The notes under the pieces: generated by a model | Told to the model about the DNA's origin: nothing | The model's input: the letters and a program-made list of their open reading frames with translations, nothing else | Databases searched by the model: none | Program-made: the position numbers and the translations under genes | Source of the DNA: a candidate division FCPU426 bacterium | GTDB taxonomy: Bacteria > Oederibacteriota > Muellerivitia > Muellerivitales > Muellerivitaceae | Length of the DNA: 64,000 nt | NCBI GenBank assembly: GCA_963796105.1 | Contig: CAWCKJ010000004.1 | Location: 608,001-672,000, forward strand | Direction of reading: 5' to 3' | Shown: positions 22,440-33,172 of the stretch, piece after piece | Numbering within the stretch: the first letter of the stretch is position 1 | Layout of the letters: every line of letters starts with the position of its first letter

Positions 22440-25400
22440 TTAATGTTCAACCAATATCTTGAGGGTCTGCTTGGCGATGATTTTTCCCGTGAGATCCTTC
22501 TGTTCCACCTTGGCGATGTAGAGCCCGCTTGAGATTCCCGCGGCATTCCAGGTCACCCTGCTTGTTCCTCCCGCGCCTTTCAGCTCCGTCACCAGCTCTC
22601 CCGCCAGGTCATAGATCCTCACCGTCAGGTTGATCCCAAGATTTGAGGCCTGGAACTCCACTTGGCTGAATCCGGAAGTTAAGGGGTTCGGATAGGCCCA
22701 GACTTTCGGTACCGTCTGTTTCGGATTGTTCAACACCATCACCGATGTCACGATCACCGTCTCCCCGCCTTTTCCGTCGGTGGAGTGCACCTCGATGAAG
22801 TATTTTCCGTTCGGCACCACCGCCCCGCTTGAGGAATATCCCGTCCAAGTGGCCGTCACCCCGTTATTGGTCGTAATGATCAGGTTCCCATCCGTCGGCG
22901 ATCCCGGCTCCAAAACCGTCCCTGACAGCTTCACCCCTGTGATCACCGTCCCTTGTGGGTCCTCCACCACGCTGTAGAGCGTGTCCACGATCTCTCCAGC
23001 CTCGTTGTAGATGTCGATCGTCACCTTCTCCAACGACCTGCTCACCACCACGTTCAATACCACGCTCTTATCCACCCCGAAGGAATCGACATTGTCCACT
23101 TTCACGTAATAATCACCATTCGGCACCGGGTTCCCGTTCTGGTCTGTCCCGTTCCACACCGTGATCTGGGTATTCTGGTCATATATCAGGATGGGATCAT
23201 TCAGCCCATTAATCAGATCCCCGTTCTTCAACTGCAGGTCCACCAAAGGCTGGGAATATTGGGTCACTAAGAGTGTCTTTACCAGTTCCCCTGCCTCGTT
23301 ATATACCCCGATCTTCACCGTGTAGCTCCCTGTCACCATTAATGTGGCACAGGAACTCAATGGTGAGATTCCCGGATAGTTTAAGACCGCGCAGTTCACA
23401 ATGGGTCCCGCGGGCGTGAAGCTGTTAATCGAGACTGTATAAGTCAATTGGTAGCTTCCAGGGATAAGGGTGGGCAATGTCCAGTTCATCATGGTCACCC
23501 CGCCTGAAACGGTGGTTACGGCCGATGTTCCTGCTGGTGAGACCCCGAAGGCCGTGAAAGTGCAGTTGGGAGGCAGTTGGTCCTGCACCACTACCCCGGG
23601 AGCGTTGGCGTTGGAGACATTCACATTCAAGGTATAGGTCACCATATCCCCCGAGGAACCTGTTGATTCTGACTCCTGTTTTTGCAAGGCCAATACCGCG
23701 GCAGGCGTGGGGGTGGGAGTGAAGGTCGCCGTGGGGGTAGGTGTCAGGGTATTGGTATTAGTGGGTGTATTCGTGGCTGTAAGCGTATTCGTGGGAGTGG
23801 GAGTGTTAGTAGGCGTCCTGGTGGGGGTAGGAGTAGGCGTATTGGTAGGAGTATTGGTGTTAGTCGGGGTATTTGTATTGGTGGGGGTATTGGTGGCCGT
23901 ATAAGTGTTGGTGGGAGTAGAGCTGTTGGTAGCGGTAGGAGTATTGGTGGGCGTGTTGGTGTTGGTCAGGGTATTGGTGGGAGTAGGGGTCGGGGTATTG
24001 GTTGGCGTGTTAGTGGGGCTATAGGTATTCGTGGGCGTGGAAGTCTCGGTTGGAGTGTTGGTGTTGGTGGAAGTGTTAGTGGGTGTTGGAGTAGGAGTAT
24101 TAGTCGGCGTGTTCGTGGGTGTGTTGGTGTTTGTGGGGGTGGAAGTGTCCGTCGGAGTGGAAGTATCCGTGAAGGTGTTGGTCGGGGTAAAGGTAAGCGG
24201 GGGAGTGTCAGTGGAGTATCAGTTGAAGTATTTGTCGGTGTTTGCTGTGGGAGTAGGTGTAGAGGTGGAGGTAGAAGTATTGGTAGGTGTCGAGGAAGGC
24301 GTCGGCGTCGGGGTGACCGAAGTGTTCGTGGGGGAGTCCCGGTTTCGGTGTCGGTCGGAGTCGGCGTGACGGTGGGGGTAGCGGTTGGAGTAGGAGTGGG
24401 TGTTTGTGTGGGAGTAATTAGGTCGGGGTGGGTGGGTGTATGGGTCGACGTGTTCGTAGGTGTTAAGGTGGGTGTAGCGGTAGGGTAGGTGTCGGCGTTG
24501 TAGTTGGAGTACTGGTAGCTGTTGGGGAAGGCGTATTCGTGGGTGTGACCGTAGGCGTATTGGTAGGATGTCTCCCCGTCGGCGTGCGGGGGGTGGGTGT
24601 CGGTTGGGGTGGGTGTCGGGGTGTTGGTCGGAGTGGAAGTAGGTGTATTAGTGGGTGTAGGGGTGGATGTGGTCGTAGGAGTAGGGGTCGGGGTATTCGT
24701 CGGAGTCCTTGTGGGTGTATTCGTTGGGGTGGGCGTGGGAGTCGTGGTAGGTGTTGGCGTCGGCGTATTGGTAGGCGTGTTCGTTGGGGTATTCGTGGGC
24801 GTTGGAGTAGGTGTCACAGTCGGAGTGAGTGTAGGAGTAGGCGTCGGGGTCTTGGTCGGGGTGATGGTAGGAGTATTCGTAGGCGACTGAGTTCCTGTAG
24901 GCGTATTGGTCGGAGTCGGTGTGATGGTTGGCGTGTTGGTGGGGGTCGGAGTCGGGGTTGTGGTGGGTGTAGGGGTATTCGTGGAGGTAGGAGTGGGTGT
25001 CGGTGTCCTAGTCGGAGTAGGTGTCGGGGTGGTCGTGGGGGTGGGTGTAGGCGTATTCGTAGGGGTAGGGGTTGGGGTATTGGTGGGTGTAGGGGTCGGG
25101 GTGGTCGTTGGAGTGGGAGTGGGCGTCCTCGTGGGGGTTGGGGTGGGCGTATTAGTGGGTGTTGGAGTAGGCGTCGTTGTCGGAGTGGGTGTCGGAGTAT
25201 TGGTAGGAGTTGGTGTCGGAGTCCTCGTGGGGGTAGGTGTCGGCGTGGTGGTTGGAGTAGGCGTGGGCGTATTGGTCGGGGTGGGTGTCGGGGTATTCGT
25301 CGGCGTGGGCGTAGGAGTCGTCGTCGGGGTTGGAGTCGGGGTAGGCGTTGGCGTCCGAGTCGGTGTATTGGTTGGTGTGGGTGTGGGTGTAATAGTAGGT

Positions 25401-27877
25401 GTAGGAGTTGGAGTGGGTGTGGGTGTCCGAGTTGGAGTTATGGTTGGAGTGTTCGTGGGCGACTGGGTCCCGGTTGGAGTATTCGTGGGCGTCGGGGTAA
25501 TAGTTGGCGTGTTGGTGGGGGTTGGAGTCGGGGTTGTGGTCGGTGTGGGAGTCGGGGTAGGGGTGGGCGTTCTTGTGGGCGTATTGGTAGGAGTGGGTGT
25601 CGGAGTGGTTGTCGGTGTTGGTGTCGGGGTGTTAGTAGGGGTAGGTGTAGGAGTTCTCGTCGGGGTAGGCGTTGGAGTTGTCGTGGGTGTGGGCGTCGGC
25701 GTATTGGTGGGCGTATTGGTGGGTGTCAGGGTAGGAGTATTCGTCGGGGTTCGGGTCGGGGTTGGAGTCGGCGTGTTAGTAGGTGTCGGAGTGGGTGTAT
25801 TGGTCGGAGTCGGGGTGGGAGTGGTTGTCGGTGTCGGAGTAGGCGTTCTTGTCGGGGTCGGCGTGGGAGTATTCGTGGGGGTGGGTGTCGGGGTTGTGGT
25901 CGGAGTGGGTGTCGGAGTGTTAGTAGGCGTGGGAGTAGGAGTCCTGGTTGGGGTCGGTGTTGGCGTCGTAGTGGGGGTTGGAGTCGGGGTGTTCGTGGGA
26001 GTGGGAGTTGGAGTATTCGTTGGTGTTGGAGTCGGGGTCCTGGTTGGAGTGGGAGTAGGCGTTACAGTCGGAGTGGGGGTAGGTGTGTTAGTGGGAGTCG
26101 GCGTGGGAGTAGTTGTGGGTGTGGGTGTTGGAGTCCTAGTCGGGGTTGGGGTGGGCGATGGTGTCGGGGTGGGGGTAGGAGTATTCGTAGGGGTTGGTGT
26201 CGGGGTATTGGTGGGGGTAGGGGTCCTGGTTGGTGTGGGTGTTGGTGAAACGGTGGGTGTCGGGGTAGGAGATGGTGTGGGGGTTGGGGTATTCGTGGGG
26301 GTGGGTGTCGGGGTTCTAGTCGGGGTGTTGGTTGGAGTTGGGGTGGGGGTGTTTGTCGGAGTCGGTGTGGGAGTACGGGTGGGTGTCGGGGAAGTTGTAG
26401 GAGTGGGCGTGGGAGTTGGGGTATTAGTCGGAGTATTCGTTGGGGTGGGTGTTGGGGTCCGGGTCGGCGTATTCGTGGGTGTTGGGGTCGGTGAATTGGT
26501 GGGTGTTGGGGTTGGCGTCCTGGTTGGGGTTGGCGATGGAGTGGGTGTCGGGGTATTCGTCGGCGTGGGTGTTGGCGTCCTAGTAGGGGTCGGCGAAGGG
26601 GTCGGGGTGTTGGTGGGTGTGGGAGTGGGAGTTGGGGTCGGCGTCTTCGTGGGTGAGTTAGTAGGAGTGGGAGAATTGGTAGGTGTCGGGGTCCGGGTCG
26701 GTGTGGGTGAAACAGTAAAAGTAAAGGTGTAGGTACTGGTGTTCGTGGGAGTAGGCGTGTATAAGCAAGGAATGGGCACCGAAACCGAGTTGGAACTGGC
26801 GTTTCCGGAGTTGGCCCCGCTGGCAAAGGTCACACTGGCACTGTCAACAAAGGTCTGGCATTGGTTCCCGGAAAAATAATAATTTTCGGTATTGGCCAAC
26901 ATCGTGACGCAGTTGTTCCCGCCGCCGAATGAAGACCAATAGATTGTATTTGTATTTACGTCCGGTTGTGCGCCTCCATAGTAGTAACAGGCTCCAGTAG
27001 TGGTGGTAGGCCCGAATCCCCAACAGGCAAAAGCAAATCCATTTGCGGCCACTAGATTATCAGTGATCGTCACACCCCCCGGTTGGGTCACAGGGCCGCC
27101 GGTGTTACAAGCCACAATGGCAAAAGTAGCGAACATATCCTGTCCGCTGGTAACCGCCGAACCAGCCACCAGGGATTTGGTAATGGTGAATTTCGGCGGT
27201 CCCACCAAAGTTATACCCGCGGGAATGGTGGTGGCTATGGTTTCAAAAATAGCTCCGCCGCAATTCCCGGTACTGTAGTCCCCGTCGGTAGTGGAAGCCG
27301 TAAATGGAACCTGCTGGCCAGTCACGGGATTGAAAATGGATTGTCCCCAACAGCAATAGCCTGAGGTGGTACTGACGGATACGGGGGCCGTCCAGCCGGC
27401 GGTGGCGTAGTTGGTCGCGTACCAGTTGGTGGCTGGGGGGGTAGTGGGATTCCCGGAACTGATGTAGTCCATGGAAACGCCGGCGGTGCCGCTGGTAATT
27501 TCAGAATGAGTTCCTCCGGAGCAGGTGATATCCAGGTCCCAAGCGGAGTAAACGTTATTGCAGGCGGTGTTTTGGGTATAAACGCTGACGTAAACCTTGG
27601 CCCCGGTTAAAAGGGACGTGGGGACCGTGATACAACCCGGAGGACAGGATCCTGTGCCGTCCCAGTTGCAATAAGCGACTTGGCCGAGGTAAACACCGCC
27701 GACATAGACCTGGGACCAGTCATCGCTGGCTACGCAGATTTGGGCGGAAGTGGGCGTGCATTGGGCGAAAGACCTGGAAGGCAGGGCCCAAAATAGCGAA
27801 AGGCCCAGAAGCGCCAACGAAATGGGAAGCGCGTGGGGAAGAAAATTAGTCGGAATATTTAAATATTTTTTTCTCAT
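22440..27877 (-). pseudogene. Pro/Thr-stalk exported protein (~1800 aa if intact) split by frameshifts; joins ORFs 23966..27934 and 22440..23693
   Basis: Signal peptide (SFA-QC) and [12 protein letters not shown] head; the PT reading frame jumps several times in ~24150-24600; C-terminal part closely matches the protein ending at 5293. Frameshifts may be sequencing error. Confidence 0.75.
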
Positions 27878-27944
27878 TCGATCAGCCGTTGTCTGAATCC
27901 TTCTTTGGAATTGAAAGCCTTTTGCCCATACCAAGCTTCTATTA

Positions 27945-28932
27945 CATGCCTATCCGAACAACGCTTGCGCAGTAATGGGTTTTGCCAAAGCGCAAGCGGT
28001 TAAGGCCCGGTGAAATAAGGAATCTGGGTCATGGCGACGATTGAACCGATAAGTATATTCGCTCAAGTATCCAGGCAGATATTTCACGTTGACTCCATGA
28101 TGGGTTCCTAGGATCCAAGCCTTGGCGTTGGAAATGAATCGGTGGACCCAAGGTAACCAGTGATTTAACACCACTGGGTCATTGGCTGTTACCTGGTACT
28201 CCACATCCACGTTTTCCAAGTTTCTCAAGCTGGGACTGGCATCCGTGTTTATCATGGCGCCTTTCTGGATTGCTTGATCGACGAATGCTTGGGCTTCCCA
28301 CTTGGTTTCTGCGGTCACCTTTATCTTTGCAAAACCCGCTTTCTCTTTTTTGCGCCCTTTCTCATCTATCCATTCTTTGCTTTCAACCGCCACCAGCACT
28401 TCAGCCTGGTTTTCCTTTTCTCTCTTGCCGAATACAGCCCCATCCAACTCAATGATTTCCTTGAGTTGGTAATTTTCATCCCTTTGTCGAAGACTTTCCC
28501 GAATCTTATGCAACATCCTCCAAACGGTATCGTAGGAGGGCATTCCCAATTGCCGCTGAAGTTCCAGGGCTGAAATGCCCCTTTTCCCTTGCATCACCAA
28601 TCCAATCATCCTCAACCAGGTTAAGATTGGGATCTTGGATTTCCGGAAGATCGTTCCGGCTCGAAGCCGTATTTGCTTTCGACAATAGTCACATTCCCGC
28701 ACTTCGGGGCGGTTTTTGTGTTGCCAGAAACTTTCTCCTTCACATTGTGGGCAAACAAAGTCTTTTCCGGCAAAACGGCTCTTCCACACCCATTGACGTG
28801 CCTTTTCTTCTGTATCGATTTCCTTGAAAATCTCAATCCCCTTCATCCGTTGGTAGTTCATAATTTGCCCCTCCAACAATGAGTATACTCCTGTATTCCT
28901 TTATTTCAACAGGTACCGTTTGGAGAGGCATT
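27945..28932 (-). mobile_element. IS1595-family insertion sequence, copy 1
   Basis: 8-bp TSD TTCTATTA at 27937-27944 and 28933-28940; imperfect TIR CATGCCTATCCGAAC / AATGCCTCTCCAAAC. Confidence 0.9.
27950..28861 (-). CDS. IS1595-family (ISXO2-like) DDE transposase
   Basis: CPQC..CDYC zinc ribbon, GISALELQR HTH, IELDG, NTD, YLSEYTYRFNRR. Confidence 0.93.
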   Translation of the reverse strand: MNYQRMKGIEIFKEIDTEEKARQWVWKSRFAGKDFVCPQCEGESFWQHKNRPEVRECDYCRKQIRLRAGTIFRKSKIPILTWLRMIGLVMQGKRGISALELQRQLGMPSYDTVWRMLHKIRESLRQRDENYQLKEIIELDGAVFGKREKENQAEVLVAVESKEWIDEKGRKKEKAGFAKIKVTAETKWEAQAFVDQAIQKGAMINTDASPSLRNLENVDVEYQVTANDPVVLNHWLPWVHRFISNAKAWILGTHHGVNVKYLPGYLSEYTYRFNRRHDPDSLFHRALTACALAKPITAQALFG

Positions 28933-29370
28933 TTCTATTATGTAAGGACTTCCACTAGGGATTTATCGCATAATCTATTCCAAAATCAGGCATTTTGAAC
29001 GAAAAATCATAAAAAAATGGGTCGGTTTAACACTATTTCCCATTAACGTTAAATCAAGCATGAAAACAATTCAAATTGCCGTTTTTACCCCCGAAAAAAA
29101 ACCAAAAATTCCCAATGCGCTTCCAGGCCATAAGCTGTTAGTTTAAAGTGCTCGTCACCAACTTCAAAAATCATGAAAATTGTCAGATTTTTAGCGAAAA
29201 AAGGATATTTTTTGACTTTTCCTAAAAGAAAAAATACCTGACTACCCAATAGGGATTTGGAAATAATTCAAATAAACTTCATGACTTTTACCACCATCAC
29301 TAAATCAAGCCGAACCAAAACCTCATGTTGTTAACGAATTTTAATTGGCTTAAATCCGCCCAAATAACAA

Positions 29371-29387
29371 TTAACACCCTCTTTACA
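29371..29387 (+). promoter_or_regulatory. Possible Pho box-like direct repeat
   Basis: TTAACA-N5-TTTACA upstream of an acid phosphatase gene. Confidence 0.35.
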
Positions 29388-29461
29388 TATTAGATGCAAC
29401 CAGCCGGGTAGATTACTATCCCTTTATCAAGGGTATTAATTTCTCATCCCAGGAGTCTTTC

Positions 29462-30178
29462 ATGTCCCGACGAGTCCTAGCCGGTTTTATTCTCGCGGCC
29501 CTTTTATTCACGGGCTATTCCCCGCCTTCGTCCGGCACCACCCCCGTCAAGCCTTTGGCCCTGCCGGTGGATCTTACCCAATTGCTGGCGCCCCCACCGC
29601 CTCAGGACTCGAATGTGACCAAGGACGAGATCCAGGAAATCCTAAGCTTCCAGAAAGAGCGCACCAAGGCCATGGAAGCGGCCGCCATCGCGGACCAGGA
29701 AAAGAGCGTCTTCCGTTTCGCGGACGTCCTGGGGGAAAAATTCACCCCTGAGAACCTGCCCCTGACCTCGGCCCTTTTCGACAAAGCCGTCAAGGCCGCC
29801 AAAGGAGTGGCAGACCCTGCCAAGATCTTTTTCAACCGGCCTAGGCCCTATGTCCAGGACAAGGCCGTGAAGCCCTGCTGTAAGCTGGAGGAAAACCCTT
29901 CCTATCCCAGCGGGCACGCCACGGCTGGAACCGTCATGGCCATCCTGCTGGCCAATATGGTGCCGGAAAAAAGGACGGAGATTTTCGCCAGGGGCTGGAA
30001 ATTCGCCCTGAACCGCGTCATTGGAGGGGTCCATTACCACAGCGACATTGAGGCGGGCCGCGTCTCCGGAACCGTAATCGCGGCGGCCCTGATGAGGGAC
30101 AAGAAATTCATGGCGGAATTCGGGAAAGCGAATGAAGAATTGCGCTCGGTTTTGGGCCTCTCGGACGGGTCCAACTAA
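29462..30178 (+). CDS. Class A non-specific acid phosphatase (PAP2 family), exported
   Basis: KIFFNRPRP, SYPSGH, RVIGGVHYHSD; signal peptide. Confidence 0.92.
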   Translation: MSRRVLAGFILAALLFTGYSPPSSGTTPVKPLALPVDLTQLLAPPPPQDSNVTKDEIQEILSFQKERTKAMEAAAIADQEKSVFRFADVLGEKFTPENLPLTSALFDKAVKAAKGVADPAKIFFNRPRPYVQDKAVKPCCKLEENPSYPSGHATAGTVMAILLANMVPEKRTEIFARGWKFALNRVIGGVHYHSDIEAGRVSGTVIAAALMRDKKFMAEFGKANEELRSVLGLSDGSN

Positions 30179-30214
30179 CCGGTTTTCAAAATGCCGCCAT
30201 TAACGCCCAAAAAC

Positions 30215-30245
30215 AAAAACCCCCGGTTCCAGAGAACCGGGGGTT
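30215..30245 (-). terminator. Intrinsic terminator between convergent genes
   Basis: AACCCCCGGTTC-caga-GAACCGGGGGTT with flanking A run. Confidence 0.8.
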
Positions 30246-30275
30246 GAACAACCGCTGATGATTTGGGCTTTTGGC

Positions 30276-30506
30276 TTATTTGCCCGCGACGGGAGTCTCG
30301 ACCGCCTTTTTATCCTTTAAGCAATTTTTCTTCCCTTTGCAAGCCTTCTTATCCTTCTTGCCCCTGCAATCTTTCTTGGTCTTGTCGCAAACCTTTCCCG
30401 TTTTAGCGGACGGGGTGGCAGCGGCGGCGCTTGAAACATCTGCCAAAGCCAGGCCCGCCGATCCCAGGAAAGCGACGGTCAATAATACCGCGAATAATTT
30501 TCTCAT
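30276..30506 (-). CDS. Small Lys/Cys-rich secreted protein
   Basis: Signal peptide ending ALA, GGAGG RBS. Confidence 0.75.
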   Translation of the reverse strand: MRKLFAVLLTVAFLGSAGLALADVSSAAAATPSAKTGKVCDKTKKDCRGKKDKKACKGKKNCLKDKKAVETPVAGK

Positions 30507-30562
30507 GTAAATCCTCCATTGCTTTTCAACGTGATTTTGGGATTAAATCTGCTCCCACCGAT

Positions 30563-30591
30563 TGGACGAAGGCGGGTCCCGATAAGTTACA
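30563..30591 (-). promoter_or_regulatory. Putative ECF-sigma promoter
   Basis: TGTAAC-N17-CGTCCA on the minus strand upstream of 30506. Confidence 0.4.
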
Positions 30592-30785
30592 AAACAAACA
30601 ATCCCCCCGCGTTTTTAATGAAACTAATTGATGAAAACAACGGTTGAGCGATTCCGTGGAACAGGTTATTCTTGCCTCCTGCTCAAGTTCTACCCGGAAA
30701 AACCGTTAGTAATCTTATAAAGTATGAAGGAATCATAGGGAAAAGGCGCCGGGGCCCCAACTTATTTTTCATGGAGAGCCATTCG

Positions 30786-31250
30786 ATGAAATGCGCACAT
30801 TGCGGAACCATCAACGAACCCAAAAACATCCACTGCGTTAAATGCGGGGCGCATTTGCCCTCGGACGCGAAACACGCTCATACAGCTTCCGTCTCGGAGC
30901 TTTACGGCAAGGAAGTGGACCTTCTTTTCTTCATGGAGAAATATACCGGAAAGATCTCCGGTATTGTCAATCCCAGCGAGGACCAGTTCGGCAGGTACCG
31001 CGAGGGCGTCCGCATGAAGTACGTCATCGAGTCCTCCTCCGACTCCTCCCACGACGAGGAAGTGGCGGCTTTGCTGACCTTCATCCGCCAGGGCCAGGAG
31101 TATCTCGGCGAGAAATACGACGCGAACTACTACCACAGTTTCTCGACGGCCGACCTCAAGAAAGAATACCTGCGCTTGTTCGAGCGCATGCTGTTGGACA
31201 AGGAAAAAAGGGATTCTAAATTCCCAGCCCCGCTCCCCATCAAGCCTTAA
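30786..31250 (+). CDS. Zinc-ribbon domain hypothetical protein
   Basis: MKCAHCG..N....HCVKCGAHL; GGAG RBS. Confidence 0.75.
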   Translation: MKCAHCGTINEPKNIHCVKCGAHLPSDAKHAHTASVSELYGKEVDLLFFMEKYTGKISGIVNPSEDQFGRYREGVRMKYVIESSSDSSHDEEVAALLTFIRQGQEYLGEKYDANYYHSFSTADLKKEYLRLFERMLLDKEKRDSKFPAPLPIKP

Positions 31251-31360
31251 ATAAATAATCCCAATCCTATTTTTCAATACGGGCAAAGCTCTATCAGGGG
31301 AGATTTATTTCTTCCGGCTGGCGGGAGACTCGGATGGAACTTATTATCAGGCGGGATTTC

Positions 31361-31780
31361 TCAACTGAACTTGATCATCCGGGGGCATTTGTATTGGCGC
31401 CCCGGGGCGTGGTTGAAATATTTGTCCAGGTAGCACTTCAGGCACTCGCGATCGTTCTCCGGCATCGCGAGGAATTTTAAGCCGGCGCCGGTCCCGCTGG
31501 CCCACTTCGTTTCCGCGTAAGTCTTCAGGGTTCCCTCCCGGCAGGGAACCATCAAATCCAGCTGAATGATATTCCCCTTTTCAATCTTATGGTCCGTCAC
31601 GAGGCACAGCCCGCCCAGGCTCACATCTTTCGTTTTGCCGCTTTTCTCTTTCGCGCGGCGTTCCATGAAACTCTCAATCTCTTTTTCCTCATTCAGCACA
31701 CGGAACTTGACCGGAATTTCCAGGGCATACCTCTCCAGAATCCGCTTTTCCTTGGCAATTGTTAATTTTCCTCTTGGCAT
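31361..31780 (-). CDS. PilZ domain protein
   Basis: RILER (RxxxR) and DVSLGG (DxSxxG), GLKF. Confidence 0.88.
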   Translation of the reverse strand: MPRGKLTIAKEKRILERYALEIPVKFRVLNEEKEIESFMERRAKEKSGKTKDVSLGGLCLVTDHKIEKGNIIQLDLMVPCREGTLKTYAETKWASGTGAGLKFLAMPENDRECLKCYLDKYFNHAPGRQYKCPRMIKFS

Positions 31781-32090
31781 GTCCTCGGCCTTTTGTGTAT
31801 CCCGGCCGGATAAAACGACGCCGGCACTTGGACCCGACTGAAGGGTTGACTGATTAACATTAGGTCGCTTAGAGGGTTTATTTCATGACGCAGATCATTG
31901 ATTGAACTGATTCCGAGAATTCGGAAGTCGGATTTTTAACAGTTTAAGTTTAACGCTTTAGTTGCCGAATCAACGGCAAGGGGAAACATGGGATTAATAT
32001 GATTTTGCTAGTTACTCCGGGTAACAGATTGAAAAATGGATTTAAAGGCGCGAAAGAAGTCCTTGGGCTTGTCTGGATTTTCGGGAAGAT

Positions 32091-32462
32091 TCAGGAGGTA
32101 TGTGAAAACTTTTCCAAATAAGCCCTCAATTGCTCCTTCTCGTTTCGGCGCATGGACAGGAACCGCAGGCCGCTTCCCTTTCCGTTGGTCCAGACCACTT
32201 CGGCCAGGGGAGCCACAATGTCCAACCCGTCCTGGAGGGAAATATAGAGGCGAAGGAGGTATCCCGTTTTCAAGACATGGTTCGTCAGCAGGTAAATGCC
32301 CCCCAGGCTGATATCCACCGACCTAGCGCCCCCATCGCCTTTCTGCCGGAGCAGGATAAGTTCCGTTTCCTTCGGTTCCGAGATCACGCGGTAACCCACC
32401 CGGACCTGGACCAGGGACCTCCGATAGACACGGTTCTCGACGAAAAGTTCAGCCTCGCGCAT
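32091..32462 (-). CDS. PilZ domain protein
   Basis: RVYRR, DISLGG, AEVVW, GLRF. Confidence 0.88.
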   Translation of the reverse strand: MREAELFVENRVYRRSLVQVRVGYRVISEPKETELILLRQKGDGGARSVDISLGGIYLLTNHVLKTGYLLRLYISLQDGLDIVAPLAEVVWTNGKGSGLRFLSMRRNEKEQLRAYLEKFSHTS

Positions 32463-32482
32463 GGGGTCTCTCCGCTTTATCC

Positions 32483-32860
32483 TTAGGATTGGGAATATCT
32501 CTGCTCGCCAAAAGCCTTGACTGCGTCCTGCTGGGTCTTCAGGACTTGAAATATCCTATCCAGGTCCAACAACTCGAAGACATGCTGGATCTCGGAATGG
32601 ATGTGGGTAAGAATGATGTCCCCGCCTTTTTTCCGGGCGAGGTGGATGAAATGCATGAGCACCCCGACCCCGGCGCTGGAGATGTAGGAAAGGTTGGCCA
32701 GGTTGAGGATGATGCGGTTCTTGTTTCTTTTCATGATGAGGTCTTGGAGCGTGTTTTGCAGAATGTCGGCGGTGGTGATATCCAGAACCCCGTCCACCTC
32801 AAGGGTGATGACCTCGGTTCCGTTAACCATTTCCCGCGCCTTGAAAGACTGTGCTTCCAT
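32483..32860 (-). CDS. STAS domain anti-sigma factor antagonist
   Basis: GVLD, LNLANLSYISSAGVGVL, VFELLDL. Confidence 0.9.
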   Translation of the reverse strand: MEAQSFKAREMVNGTEVITLEVDGVLDITTADILQNTLQDLIMKRNKNRIILNLANLSYISSAGVGVLMHFIHLARKKGGDIILTHIHSEIQHVFELLDLDRIFQVLKTQQDAVKAFGEQRYSQS

Positions 32861-33172
32861 AGATTTCCCCTTTCACCTCGCCCCAATAACTATTCGCAAA
32901 AACCATTCCAATTTCGGGACCTTAGGCCAAAAAGGATGAAGCTCTCGGGGTAATGCATAACGGCTGGACCTGGTTAACGTTAAATCAAGGAGCTTAAATA
33001 GTTTATTGGACGATAATTTTCAGGGGAAATTGCACAAGGATTAACCCATTTGGGCTAACCAACGGGCGGTTTGTTTCAGAAAGTTTGCGGAAACGAGGGA
33101 TTTTGTCAGTTTTTAGGCTGAACCCGGGCATTTTTTTGACTTACAGGAAAGCCGCCGTCAAGGAGGAAAGTT

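Noticed and set aside
1213..26732. Long Val-Gly and Gly-Arg-Cys ORFs opposite the PT tracts (e.g. 1213..2727, 19299..20999, 24906..26732)
   Set aside because: Antisense shadows: reverse complements of ACN/CCN codons rarely form stops
17850..26750. G-quadruplex-driven antigenic variation on the G-rich strand of the stalks
   Set aside because: G runs follow directly from Pro/Thr codons; no independent evidence
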